From NCBI RefSeq assembly GCF_011745625.1, contig NW_027191453.1, forward strand, positions 124,001 through 188,000: 64,000 nt of DNA. The letters are read 5' to 3'. The DNA comes from Cladosporium halotolerans. Lineage: Eukaryota. The notes under the pieces were generated by a model that was not told the DNA's origin, did no database searches, and saw nothing but the letters and a program-made list of their open reading frames with translations. The translations under genes were made by a program, and so were the position numbers. Below are positions 12,385 through 25,116 of this stretch, piece after piece. The first letter of the stretch is position 1; each line of letters opens with the position of its first letter.

Positions 12385-13544
12385 ATGAAAATCCAGCGGG
12401 TGCGTGATCCGTTCGACCGACGTCATCCGTCTAGGGTGAAGCCATGCGCATGATCTAATTAATGTCTGATGATGTAGATTTTCATCTACCCCGTCAAGAG
12501 TCTTAGACCTCTCGAAGTCTCAGCAGCTGAAATTACGAATGAAGGCCTGCGCTTTGATCGCCAATATGTGCTTATCAAGCCCCCAACCGGCGACAATCAT
12601 GGACTAGCTGAACACATCACGATCAAGTCATACTTCGAGCTTGGTCTTTTTCACACCGCCGTAGACAGGTCTTGGAGCAAACTCACTATCACGCAAACGC
12701 AGGCTGAGGCGAATCGCTCTATAGTCATTCCTCTGACCCCTTCGCCACTGAGCCTCATGCAGGCGCAATCCTTCCAAGTCAGCATCTTCGGCACGAAAGC
12801 AACTGGTCTGGATATGGGTGAGGTAGTCGCTCAGTACTTCAGCCATCATCTCAAATTTCCCGTCCGTCTGTTGTACATCGGAGGTAGTGGGCAAAGAGAG
12901 ATTCCTGGCTCAGTCTACATGCCGAAGCATTACACCGCCTTATCGGTTTCGGTCAACGACAAGTTTCAGCCACAGCGCCTGCGATTTGCCGATGCTGCGC
13001 CTCTACTTCTCACCACAACCGCGTCCGAAGAGGATGCGCGCCGGCGTCTGCCACCTATTGCTCGGACAGAAGACATCATTATTCGCTTTCGCCCCAACGT
13101 ACACGTTGACACCGGCGATGAGCAAGAACCGTACGGTGAAGATGGCTGGAGCATGCTCTCCATTCGTTCACAGGCCGACAGAGAGCAAGAAGTATCCGTA
13201 AGATGTCTGTTCCGAACGGTCCGATGCTTGAGCCTCAACGCCGACCTTTCCAAAGGAGGCATGATCGCTACCAACCGTCAGCTCTATGGGTTGCTGGCTA
13301 AGGACCGCAGGGTGAACGAGAACTTTCCCAGTCAGTGCAAATGCCTCTCTTCTCATGGTTTGTAGCTAACAAGTCTCCAGATAAGCCCGTATTTGGACAA
13401 TACGCATGCGCTGGCCCATCAGGTGCCGTCCTCCGAGTGGGCGACGAAGTGGAGGTCACCGAGCGAATCAGCAGAACGGGCACACCTTCTTCGCAGAGCC
13501 CCATCACGCCAGTCACTTCGAATGGGCCCATAACCCCAACTTGA
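12385..13544 (+). CDS. MOSC-domain protein (mARC/YcbX-like molybdenum-cofactor protein)
   Basis: MKIQR|IFIYPVKS...GLRFDRQYVL (MOSC_N), FADAAPLLL, IRFRPNVHV, and RTVRC with the conserved Cys. Introns 12400-12477 and 13331-13380. C-terminal PVFGQY...VLRVGDEVEV. Confidence 0.88.
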
Positions 13545-14201
13545 GTCCTGAATTTCTTCGCAAAGACAAGAGTATCTCTGAATGCCTCTTGCTGTGAAAC
13601 GCCCAAGCTTCTAGTCAGCCGAAAGCAACGTGAAGCGTGGACTTTCACTCAGCTGTCTGGTGGAACATTTTTCACTGGAATGCGTCAGAATGCACATCCT
13701 GGCGCAACGTGGAGGCAATCCCGCACATCCGCTGGTATTGGGCGGGCTATGCACGGCTGACGACGACGCCGCTGTCATATCCCTGCCTCTATCATGCACC
13801 CTCCACCGAAGAAGCGAAATCTCTCGTGGATCCTAGGAGTTCGCACTCGCTAACCAGCGAATGCAGAAAGCGCACGAAAGATAGGCGTCACCGGCTTGGA
13901 TTCGGTCGCGGAGAGGATTCGAGCCGCGGATATTGAAGGACAGCGGAGGGAATGGGCCGGCAGTCTCGAGAATGATTCAGAGACAGCATTGAATCGAGCG
14001 AAGCCAGGGACACATAAGCTATACTATTCACATGCAGAAAAAGACTTGGGGTATCTATGCTGTTACAAACTCCGAACGCACAAAGCAAAAAGTGTCTCTC
14101 CATTTATCCTTGCCTCAGCAGCAGACGTCCCATGTTGTCATTACCGAATTTTCCACGCTTCAAGGATTCAGAATCTTTGCAACATCCCTCTCCACAGAAG
14201 C

Positions 14202-17200
14202 TCACTGCCTGGGAAATGGCAGGCCACCCAGACTCGCCGCTCTACCAGATAGATTCAGTTGGCTTCCTGACGCTGCCTGATTGCGAATGTCTCGAGGGGC
14301 AAAATTACTGCCCGAGTTATGCGCATGCAGATGCGGTTGGAAGCTTGGCCCAGTTGCATGGCTAGGCACCTGTGTAGCAGAGGGCACACTCTTAGTGCGC
14401 CCTGCTGCAGCTCCTGCGTAGAGAGACGCTGTGCTTTCAGGAGGGCCGGGCATTCTCGGCTGCGAATGATCGTTCAAAGCAGAGTGAGAAGCGGCAATGC
14501 CTTCAAGATGGAGTCTCCATGCGGCCCTTCTCTGCTCCACCGTACGTAGCTCCTCTTCGTTCAACGGGGCGGCAGCAGCTCCTGCGTAGGAGGGCGCTGT
14601 GCTGCGAGGAAGACCGGGCATTCTCGGCTGCGGACGATTGTTCATGGCAGCTTGAGAAGCGGCGGGCCCTTCGAGACCGAGTCTCCACGCCACCTTGTTC
14701 TGCTCCACCATACGTAGCTCCTCTTCGTTCAGCGGGGCGTCAGCAGCATCGGCTTGTAGCACTTCCATCGTGCGGATGGCGCAGATGTCGATCGACGGGT
14801 CTCGCGCGCAGCCACGGTCGATTTGGGCTTGCATGATCTTGCTGAGGACGTTTGGATCAAGGTCGAGCCCGAGCTCGTTGCTCACATCCTCGAGGTGAAC
14901 GGGCATCGGAGGGTAGAGATACTCCTTGGTGTTGCGCTTGGCGTGTCTCTTAGGGTTCTTCTTGTCGACGACTCTCTTCGCCAGGGTGGTCTTGAACATC
15001 TGAGTGTTGTAGATGTTTGCCTCGAAAGTACCTCCGGCCAAGAATCTGTAGACAAAGACCGGCTTTTTCTGACCGAAGCGGTACGATCGCCCAATCGCCT
15101 GTTCCTCCCATGCTGGGTTGAAGCCAAAGTCAAAGATGATGACCCTGTTTGCCTCTTGCATGTTCAGCCCCTGCCCACCCGCGCGGGTCGATATGAGCAT
15201 CACGTCGACACGGCCGGCTTGAAATTCAGAAAGCATCTGCGTGCGCTTATTCATGTCGACACCTCCGTCGATTCGGCGAAAGCTGATCTTATCTCTTTCG
15301 AAGAGATCGCGAAGATAATCCAATGTTGGAATGTTGGCGGAAAAGACCAGGACCTTGTCCCCACATTGCTTCGAAAGCCGTAATATCTGCTGGAGCAGGT
15401 GGGTTTTCGCAGACAAAGTGGGATCCAAATCGTCGCTCAAGTCTTTCACAAGCTCATCAACGATTGCTTTGGTGAATCCGAGCGAGTAGACGTCTTCGTC
15501 ACCGGGTACTTCTGGAGAGGCTGCATTTGCTTCTCCACGATCCAATTCGGTTGCAAGTGCTTCGTCGCCATCTGGATTCGGTTGTGCGGGATCATGAGCA
15601 AGCATGCCACCAGCTGCGTTCGCGCTTTTGTTCTTCCCCTTTTTTGATCTCGNNNNNNNNNNGGTGGCTGCGGCGGACGCGGCGTCAAAAGCTTTCGCCG
15701 ATAAATGCGCGGATGGGCGGTCAGATGCCCAAGGACAGCAAGCCATGCAAAGATCTGGGTCAGAGCAGTAGTGTCAAGATCTTCCGCACTGGCAAGCAGA
15801 CCCGCGACTGTCGCTGCATAGGCCTCGCGCTGTTGTTCAGTCAAATCGACTGTGAGAACGAACTCGACCTTCGGCTTCAGCGAGCCTTTGAGGACTGAAA
15901 TGTCCGCCCGGTGGACCTTGGGCTCGATCTCGTAATGCAGATTTTTCAGCTTGATGGTACTGTTTCGCTTCTCACTTGGGGTGCTGTCCATGTACAGACC
16001 ATCTTTGATCGGCAAGCCATAGAATGAGCTGAACTGGACTTTGTCGCCCAAAAATCCCGGTGAAACCCATGAGACTAGAGCGTAGATTTCGTCGACGTCG
16101 TTGCTCATGGGAGTGCCCGACAATGCTACGCGGGCTTTTGACTTCAACTTGGATACAGCCATCGCGGTCGCAGTCTGAGTATTTTTCACATGGTGTGCCT
16201 CGTCCGCGATGGTGAGCTCAGTGTTCTCCAGCAGAATGCTGCGAGCGCGTTCCCAATTAGGCTGCTCCCCGTCCTTGACTTCTTCGATCCGGCGTTGAAT
16301 GAGGGCGCGGAAGATAGAATAACCGATGAGCATGACGCCGCCGCTTCTCGACCACCTATTGAGCATCTCGACATAGTCCGAGCCACTTCCGGTCTTCTCA
16401 ACCACATGGACTTCATGCTGAGGCGCCCAAGCGCGGAACTCACGGCTCCAATTCTGCAACAATGAAGGCGGACAGATCACCAGAAAACGGAGGGAACGTT
16501 TTCCACGATCTCTGTGGAGTTGCAAGTCTTGTGGTAATTGGTGACGAATGCCTGCCGATGGCGACTTTGATGCATTGTCTATGCAGGTCACAAGTGCAAT
16601 GCTTTGCATTGTCTTCCCAAGGCCCATCGTGTGGGCAAGCAAGCACCCTTGGCCCTCATTTGGATCGGAGGTGAGCTCGCGCCACATGAACTGCACACCG
16701 TCAAGTTGGTAAGGCTTGATCTCTTTCGCAAGCTTGCCAGTCACAAAGATCGGGTCCTGCTCCGGCTTACGGGTGACGTTGACGATCTTGTCATCTGGCC
16801 CAAACTCCGCCTGGACCATGGTCTGAAGCATAGCCGGGTTTGAGCTCTGTTGCTTTTGTGACTCCATGCGGGCCCTCGCGTCAATTCGCTTTCTTTCAGC
16901 CGTGGTATCAAGTGCAACCTTTCGTCGCCTTTTGGTATCGAGCTCTGCTTCCACCTGCTCCTCGCCCTGCTCTTCGACGTCATGATCTGACTCGTCATCT
17001 GTGTCGATGATCAATGGGTCCTCGAAAGATGTCGGCTTAGGGCTGGAGTACAGAGCTTTGTTCCTTGCCATTAGGCATGTTCGCAGTTGATCGACAAAAA
17101 TCGCAGTCTGATCCTTTGGCGGCCTTTCCGCTTCGAGAGCATCCCGTGGAGGATACTTGTCTAGAACGACTTCTGATCTCGCAAGAAACCAAGCAAGCAG

Positions 17201-19765
17201 GAGGCGAGCACATAATTTCATTGTCTGTGCTCGTGGGGTGTCCATTTCCGGATCTCGAACCTCGCGCCGCTGCAGCGCATCCAAGGCACTCTCAAGCTGA
17301 ATCGTGAATGCCTTTAGTTTGAGGTGTTGAAACTTATTATGGATCTCGTCCCGCTTCTTGTAGCCAAGATCTCTGAGAAGCTTCTGCAGGATACGTGTCC
17401 GGTCCTCTGCTGCAGCAAGTTCCTCGTATTTCCAGTTGTCAGCTTCAGATGTAGACATCTCGGTCTTGATTCTTTTTGACGCATCCCTTGTGCCCTTGGC
17501 TTTCCTCTTCAAATCAGATTTTGGGTGTAAGTTCCAAGGGGTTGTGGGCTCGATCGGACTTGTTTTCAACTGGGTCATATCAATGACATTCGCAGGAGAA
17601 GTTCCTTGCTGCCGTATCGTGCCGCGCAAGGCCGAAGAATCGGGAGGGTTTGTCGCCGCAACATCTTGCGCTCGGGATGTCGATGAGATATTCGGTGTTG
17701 CAGATCGAGGCTGCCTAGTGGGAGTCTTTGTAAAAACGTCGCCGCGCAGAGGAGATGGCTGAGAAGTTCTTCGGGCTTGCGATACCGGCTCGTGGTCATC
17801 TACATTCATTTGAGCAAGTGGTGTCGCTTGTCTCGCGTCAAATAGCGTTCCGCGCTCAGCGTCGTCGTCGCCATCCAAGACGACAAAAGGATCTTCCACC
17901 ACGTGATGTGATGGCGAATCCGGCGCAGTGTGGAATCGCTCGCCTTCTTCTTCAGAGCCATTTGCAAGATTGGCGTCAAGTGGTGGTGACGACTGAAAAT
18001 GCGGCGACACAGTCAGACGATCATCAGAGCCCATGTTTCTCAGGATGCCGGCAAGACCATCTGGCTGTTGCATCTGAGCGGTTTGTTGGAGCTGGTGGAC
18101 CGCATGTGGGCGGGCAGTCATGAGCTTCCTTCTGTGCTTGGGCTCCTTTCGCCTGCGCCAAACCTCGATCTTCCAATTCTCCTTTTGGATGTCCTCGACA
18201 GTGACTTGGAGAACCTCGCATTGCTTTTCAAGGCCGCTCTTCGTTTCCCAAGACTCAACTTTCAAATCAGTAACGTATTTCCGCATTCTTAACTCAAGTG
18301 CCTGGATTCTCATTTTGGCGCCCTGTATCAGTTGGTCTCGAACTGTCTTGCTCTGCTTGGTCATTCTCCATGTAGACCAAGCCGTTTTCTCGAGCTTTGG
18401 CAGCAATTTCTCGTTCCAGTTCGCAATGTAGCCGGCAATGGCGCTGTCTACAACCCCTTGTACCTCGGTCTCGTCAATAGCATCGTCAGCCGACTCTTCA
18501 GCCAGGTCTTCGCCTTGGTCATTGCTATGTAATTCGTCGGTGTCGTTGGCGTCTTCGTCAGTGGACCCTTCGCTCTCGGTTGGAATATCCTTGTCATCTT
18601 CAGGTTGCCACTTCAGCAACAAATGACCATGCTCTCCATCGAGGATTGCGGCATCGTCTGCGCCAAAGCCCAATTCATGGGCTCCGCTTTGCAAGACCGC
18701 TTCGCTCTCGCGAATTGCAACAAAAGCTTCCTGCTCAGATCCTTCAAGTTCGGTCAACCTCCCAGGGGCATGCTGCACGACCATAACGGACCTCCAGCCG
18801 TCATATGAGATGCGCCCATGCCGACCATATTCTGGAAAGGCCCCGCTGTTGGTAGCCTGGAGGCCCGCACGGTAGGGGAAAGTTGCTTTTGCTGGTCTTT
18901 CGTTTCGCAAAAGAAGGGATTGATCCGGCGCCAGAAAGAAGTGCCGAAGCTGAGAGCTCGTGCAATGCGCAAGCCCGAGTTGCATTTGAGAGTTGATGTA
19001 TTGGAAGTTGTCTTCGTCTCCTGCTTCGTCGACGAAGTTTGGGTCCGTGATTTGCAGCTGCCCAAACTCCTGACCCACTGCAACGTCACCAAAGAAGATG
19101 TCGTTGACAGTTCGCTTGTTTGCGGGCAGAAAGGCTTGGAAGTCAGCGACGTCGACCACGGTCTCGGTTGCCGTAGGAACTTGAGTGATGGCAGAGAGAT
19201 TCAAGCGACGCCGTTTCTTGACGCTCTGATCCTCGACCAGCTGCTCGCCAGAGCGAATCAGATCTTCAGTTGTGGATTCGGTGCTGACGGTCGCGACTGG
19301 GTGTTTGTTGTTAGTGTTCGCGGGCGCGACATCCAGTTCTGGGGCTTTTGCATTTCCAGCCACAGCAGACGTATTTGTAGCAGCAGGGAGATCTGCTCGA
19401 TGAGATGTGGTGTCCAGTTGCATCGAATCATCTGCGGGAAGAGAAGGCTCGGCCCAATCCATGGGATCATCCTGCGATTTGAACTTGACTGACTGCGCCT
19501 TGAGCTTGCGAATGGAATGGAGTACAGCAGTACGAGGTCCCTTTTTCGACACATTGCAGTGCTTGAACAAGAACTCGTCATCGACATCGAGCATAAGAAC
19601 TGCACCGGTGATTTCCTCCTCAATCAATTTGTTTGTGAATGAATCCACGGGCGGCAAGCTGACTCCTGGAAGCTGTGCTGCCGCTTGGCTGGCGTAGCGA
19701 CGAAAATATTCGGCGACATCATGAACAGACCACAGCCAAGGGTCTCGATCCATGATGGACGCCAT
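14202..19765 (-). CDS. SNF2-family ATPase, ATRX/Rad54-like, with N-terminal SAM-like domain; interrupted by an assembly gap
   Basis: KPYQLDGVQFMW, GCLLAHTMGLGKT (motif I), IADEAHHVKN (II), ALSGTPMSN (III) in the 1439-aa ORF. ISTRAGGQGLNMQEANRVIIFDFGFNPAWEEQAIGRSYRFGQKKPVFVYRF in the 514-aa ORF. The frame change coincides with the N run. Confidence 0.9.
14407..14747. repeat. Intragenic tandem duplication, 2 x 168 bp (56 codons), in the SNF2 C-terminal tail
   Basis: GCAGCTCCTGCGTAG recurs at 14407 and 14575. The two protein copies are APLNEEELRMVEQNKVAWRLGLEG...YAGAAA and APLNEEELRTVEQRRAAWRLHLEG...YAGAAA. Confidence 0.92.
15653..15662. other. Assembly gap (10 N)
   Basis: Run of n characters in the sequence. 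Confidence 1.
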
Positions 19766-22454
19766 CTTGGCGTGTCTTCCTGGATCGCCTCTCAGGCAGT
19801 CAGGTGTTTCTTTTGTGGGTTTTAGTGTCTGGTAATTGCTGATAAGGTCGATACGGCCAACTTCGCCGGGACTCGCACTGCGGAAGTGGTTGTTGGAAGA
19901 AGGTTAACAAAGCGCGCCGCAAAGGTGGAATCTGCGCGTTTTGTCCCGTTGTCGCGCGCACGTGGTCGCGCCCGCAGTGACTGCAAGTAAAGAAGGAAGG
20001 AGCGTCTTCGGTCGGCGACGGGACCATCCGTGTTGCCTAATGGAGCGCTCTGCAAGGTGAAGTCAAGGAAGCTGAGGATGCACGAGTACAGAGAATCGCG
20101 AATGGGTTGTCTTAGGAACAAGGGTCGGCAATGTCATGGAAGATCTATGTCAGACAGGCACGAAAGCTGCGATGTAGCACTTCTGCTTCACCTGCCGTGT
20201 GGGACAGTCAGACACGCCGACAACAGTCTTCAAACAGTGCCTTCTTCACAAAGGCACTGCGCGGCAGCCCAGGATTCACTGCCAGCCGCAAGCATCTGAA
20301 GTCCCTTTCCAGCTCGCGTCACTGTACCGAAGACCTTGCTCTTTTTCGACCAACCGCAACAGGCCTGAAAGCCTCTGCAGGATCTCGCGACAATATGTTC
20401 GTGATCACTTGGGATGGTCCCCAGAACTCAAAGTGCTATTATGCCGTCTCTTTCTGCGATTCGAAGTGTCCGCCCTGTGAGAAGACGAAGGGCGCGGTTG
20501 ATGAGGAAACTCATCGCTTTTCATAAATAGTGAAGGGTATGGCTGCGGCCGAAGTGTGCAGCCATGTAGCATCGTGAACATCGAGTTCAGTGCCGCTCTC
20601 TCGTGTAGCAGTACTCGCCAAGTTCCCGGAGAGTCGTCTCGGCGCTTATCGACAGGCCTTACCACCTAGGTGGAGCGCCTGCCTCGTCGGTTCAGAGATA
20701 CTAAGCAATCGTCTTCCCAGAGGATTGGTCTCACGGAATCTGAAGACTGTGCGACTCTTGACGAGGCCTGCCTTCGAAGATGTTCCAAAGCGCGATGAGT
20801 TCGTGCGAGAGCTAGAAGCTCAGGTTTTCACGTGCGATCCCCGCGGCACCTGAAGTTGAGATCTGGAGAACCACCTCCAACGGCTCGACAGCTTTGGCCT
20901 TCAGAACAATCTAGGAGAGAGCGAGGCCAAGAAGATGCCTGAAAGGTATAATATTGACTACACCTTGTCTTGTTTGAAGATCAGTCGAAAGTCTGAGTAG
21001 TTTTGACTAGAAGCCTTGCGTTTAGGGAGGATTTGCCCCAGTCTGCAACGACGTGGGATCAATAAACTGCATGTGGCAGACAACCATGTTCGAATTCTAA
21101 CACTTTCGCAGAACATCTTGATGGAAGGCTGCATATCTCGAACCAAGTATGAATTGTCTATAGAGGCAGATAACGACACCGTATCTATGATCCATAGAGC
21201 ATGGGTAACAGTCAGAAATCATCCCGCCTTCTCATCACATGGTTTTGCCGTTGCCCTCATGCCCAGCACTTAGGGCTGCACACGACAAGCTTGACTGCAA
21301 CCTTCTTTCCCTCATTTTAGTCAGGCACGCGTTTCAGACACTCTCGGGCTCATACAACTGACTGCGACTGGGCAAGTTCCTTTATGACGATTCACTCGGT
21401 ACGTACAGCAGAGGAGCCGGTGGCGCTTCTTCGCCTTCGTGAATGTCTACTTTAGTCAGGGGAGATGGCCATTCATATCACGTGAATCCAGCGGGCGTAC
21501 AACCCGGTTGCATCGTGAAATGGTGCTCTTCGATGATGGGCGGCTCTCCGCTCTGCGGCTCGGATACGGTGCGACGGGCGCGGTGTTGCTGATGCACGTC
21601 GCCACTCGCTCTCTGAGCTGGAGAGGCTGAGCAGCTTAGCCTTGCACATGCACTGTCACGAGTGTTTATCAGCTGCTGTTCTTGGTGCATACAACGTCGT
21701 AGCTACGTCGCGTATGTACACAAGGCTCGTCGCACAGGGGCGATCTGCCTTGGAAAGCGGGACCTGCCACGGCATCGAATGGGCACAGCCATTGGCAGCA
21801 GGCATGCGTGAGGAGGAAGCTTGTACACAGTCGCAGTGAATCTTGGTGTTTGTTTCTATTATTGTTATCGCTAGGCGGCAGACTCGATAATGATGCATGA
21901 TCGTTGAACAATTCATTTGCCATCCCGCCCATCTCTCCTGATACACACTGCATACCCTGGCGCGGGTACTTGGTGGAAAAAAAGCCGTGGAAGCCCCTTC
22001 GCACCCAAACACGCGTTCCTCTGCGCAAGCCGCGCAAGCAAACACCACGACGCCGCCACGCCGCGAGAGACATCAAGTAGGCAGACTGCAAACAGCGAGA
22101 AGGCGAACGCTACAGTACAAGTGTGCTCGCTCCCGCCGTCATCAAACGCGCGACGGACAAGCAACTGATCGCCGTCGGTGGCCCGACGCGCTAAGATTCG
22201 CTTTCTCCTCTTCTAATCCCCGGTCCCTTCTCCTTTCACACCAGTGACGTGCTTGGCAACTGGACTTCGAGAACACTTGACGCCAGTCCTCCACTCCGAG
22301 CCACGTCCAAGCGCACGGCAGTCGAGTTCACCATCTCGTCGCTTTTGCCCGACGCTTCAATACCAACATCTAGACCACCACCCTCACTGTCGCTACTGCT
22401 TCGCGGAACGCGTCCTGTTGACGCCGGCGTCCTCCACCACCTCCTGCTGCCGCA

Positions 22455-24157
22455 ATGGCGTCCGGGTATGTGCACGCTCGTTTGCAATGCTGCCTCCTTA
22501 ACAATCGCTTGCCCGAGATTGCTGACAATGCCCTAGACTTGCCTCGCAATGGCGCGCCTTCTGGCATACCATGACCTCGAACGACCGTCACGCCTCCCAC
22601 GACTCTCCTTATCGCACCGGCCAACATGTCCCTCTCGCGCAGAACAAGAATGCTCCCCTTTCCTCTGGTGTAACGAGCGCCATGGAGTCTCGCGCTGACC
22701 TCAACAACCCCTACGACCACGACCTTGAAGCCGGCCACAGCTTCTCGCGCACAAACTCTTCGCCCCAGCTGGCTCAGGGGCCAGGCTCCCTGCAAAGGAC
22801 CGGAAGCGCTTTGGACACGATGGATGCGGGCGAAATCCAAATGCAGAACTTCAGTGATGGTCTCCCGCCACCTCCGCCTGTCGCACATTCTTGGAGGCGC
22901 ATGGATCGTTGGTTGGAAGACAACTATGAAGAGCTGTGGGAGAATCTTTGCGAACCCGCGACCTTCAACGACGTGAACGAACTCGAGTTAGAGCTGGATT
23001 GCACTCTCCCGCAAGAAGTCCGCGAGTCATTACAGATTCACGACGGCCAGGAAAGAGGAGGTCTCCCTACAGGAGTCATCTTCGGCTGCATGCTGCTCGA
23101 CTGCGAGGAAATTATCCAGGAATGGCAAAACTGGCGCACAGTCAACGAAGCATACTTCTCTGATGCCAGCGCGAAGAACTATGACATCCCTCAAGCTCCT
23201 ATCAAAGCTTTCGCAGGCAGCAGCTCTTCCGCCGTGCCTGTCGCACAAGCCCAGGCCAGCACCAACCCGCATTGGCGACAGGACCTCATTGACAAGCAAG
23301 ATTCGCAGCCGACCAATGCTATTCAGAAAGCCTATGCTCACCCAGCATGGATCCCGCTCGCTCGCGACTGGGGCGGAAACAACATCGCGGTTGACTTGGC
23401 GCCTGGCCCCACTGGCAAATGGGGACAGATCATCCTCATGGGCCGCGACTACGACTGCAAATACGTGATCTCGCGTTCCTGGAGCGCTTTCCTCGCGACC
23501 GTCGCTGACGACATGAACACCGACAAATGGTGGATCGACGAGGACACGCACGAGCTCAAACTACGCGAATTCAAGCAGCAAGGGGTCGAGCCCGCCTACA
23601 TCGACATCCTCCGCTGGCGCTCCGATCAGAAGTACGGTCGCAAGGGCCCTAAGAAGCGGCCTGGTCAGCCCTTGAGGATCAACAGCCAGGTTTCGCCTGG
23701 GTCACAAGCAAATGGATACTCGCCTTACGGTAGCCCTACGTCCGGAAGCGAAGACCGCGGCCGTAGCCCACACCGCTTCTCAGGGAACGGCAAGGCGCCC
23801 GCAACCTCGTCTCCTCGCGCCCACATCTCCAGCCCCCTGGCGCGAGTCACAGAAGAATCGGCATCCTCGCCCCAAGCGCAAATGGCTCCTACGAACAGCA
23901 TCGACACCGCCATGGCGCCGGCATCGGCAACGGAAAAGCTGATCGCTCTAGACTCGCCTGTTGTTCCTGCGCCTGTGCCCACCGAGGTTCCTGAGCCCGA
24001 GGACGATGGCAAGCCGAAGCCCAGTAACCTGCAAAACAACTCGGTCGCCGACGACCATGAGGAGGAGATCATCAAAAAGGTCGCGGACAGCACGATCTCC
24101 GACTCCACCAAAGCCGGGGCCGCTGATGACGGCGAGATGAAGAATGTGGATATCTGA
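22455..24157 (+). CDS. SMI1: Cell-wall/glucan synthesis regulator Smi1/Knr4
   Basis: Micro-exon ATGGCGTCCGG (22455-22465) and intron 22466-22536 lead in frame to LASQWRAFWHTMTSNDRHAS. SMI1/KNR4 core: LPQEVRESLQIHDGQE, YAHPAWIPLARDWGGNNIAVDLAPGPTGKWGQII. Confidence 0.93.
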
Positions 24158-25116
24158 AGGAAGATTAAGGAGGGAAACAGAACCCTTCAGAAGAGGGGCG
24201 TGCCTCGCTGACAAGGACGCCTCTCCCAAGAACGGAAACGAACGTGCGAACATTGTATCACCAACATCAACCACAACAAACCACTGCTGTAACATCATCT
24301 GCGAGAGATTGGAGCATTTTGCGCGGCGTCCTTGTTTGTGTCTCCTTTTGCGGTTCGAGCAAGCAAGCGGCAGACGGACGGGTGTTCTGTTGGCAGAGTT
24401 GGAAGTCAGGCGCTTGAGTGATGGACACGACGATGACAAGGAGCGAGCAAGCGTCTTTTACACAGAGAGGTATTACGCGGACGGCTTCTGCCCTGGGGGC
24501 TACATGCAGCGTCTTATTTTCGTATTTTAATTCAGCTTTTTATCCCACTACCATTCGGGCCGTGGTCGTTGAATTGTTGGAGCTTCGATAAGAGTGGACA
24601 AATCTTGAAGTGTCTCTTCATACATACGATTGCTCCTTTGGTCTCTTTCACGTCTGCCTAACAATGCAATTCCATTGCATGGCAAGTAGCAGTAGAAGCC
24701 CGCCTGATTATCCCGCCCACGACACATCAACCAGTCTTTCTATAGCGCCTACGCTCCACTCCGATATACGCAGATGCTTTTCAGACGCATGCGGCTGACC
24801 TTTCCTTGCCCATCCACTGGCTTCTACTTCGCCATGCGGTGGTGTTTCAGCTGGTACTGCTGATGAGCGATGGTAGGCCCATCTGCAGATGCACGTCTCA
24901 GCTCAGACAGCACTACACCACTGCGAACGAAATGTCCCTACGCATGCAAGGCCGTCAGCCATAGCCAAAAGCTGCATGCAATCTGGACACGCATTTCAAA
25001 CGGCGGAGCTCCGGTCGCCGGTGACTGCCCGTTTTGGGCGCAGGCGCGAAAAGCACGACAGGCCGAGGCTCGCTGCGGGGAATTTGATGTTCGATGGGCG
25101 GAAGAGGAAGATCCGC

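Noticed and set aside
13611..14252. Short ORFs between the MOSC and SNF2 3' ends
   Set aside because: No consistent frame, start context or recognisable domain.
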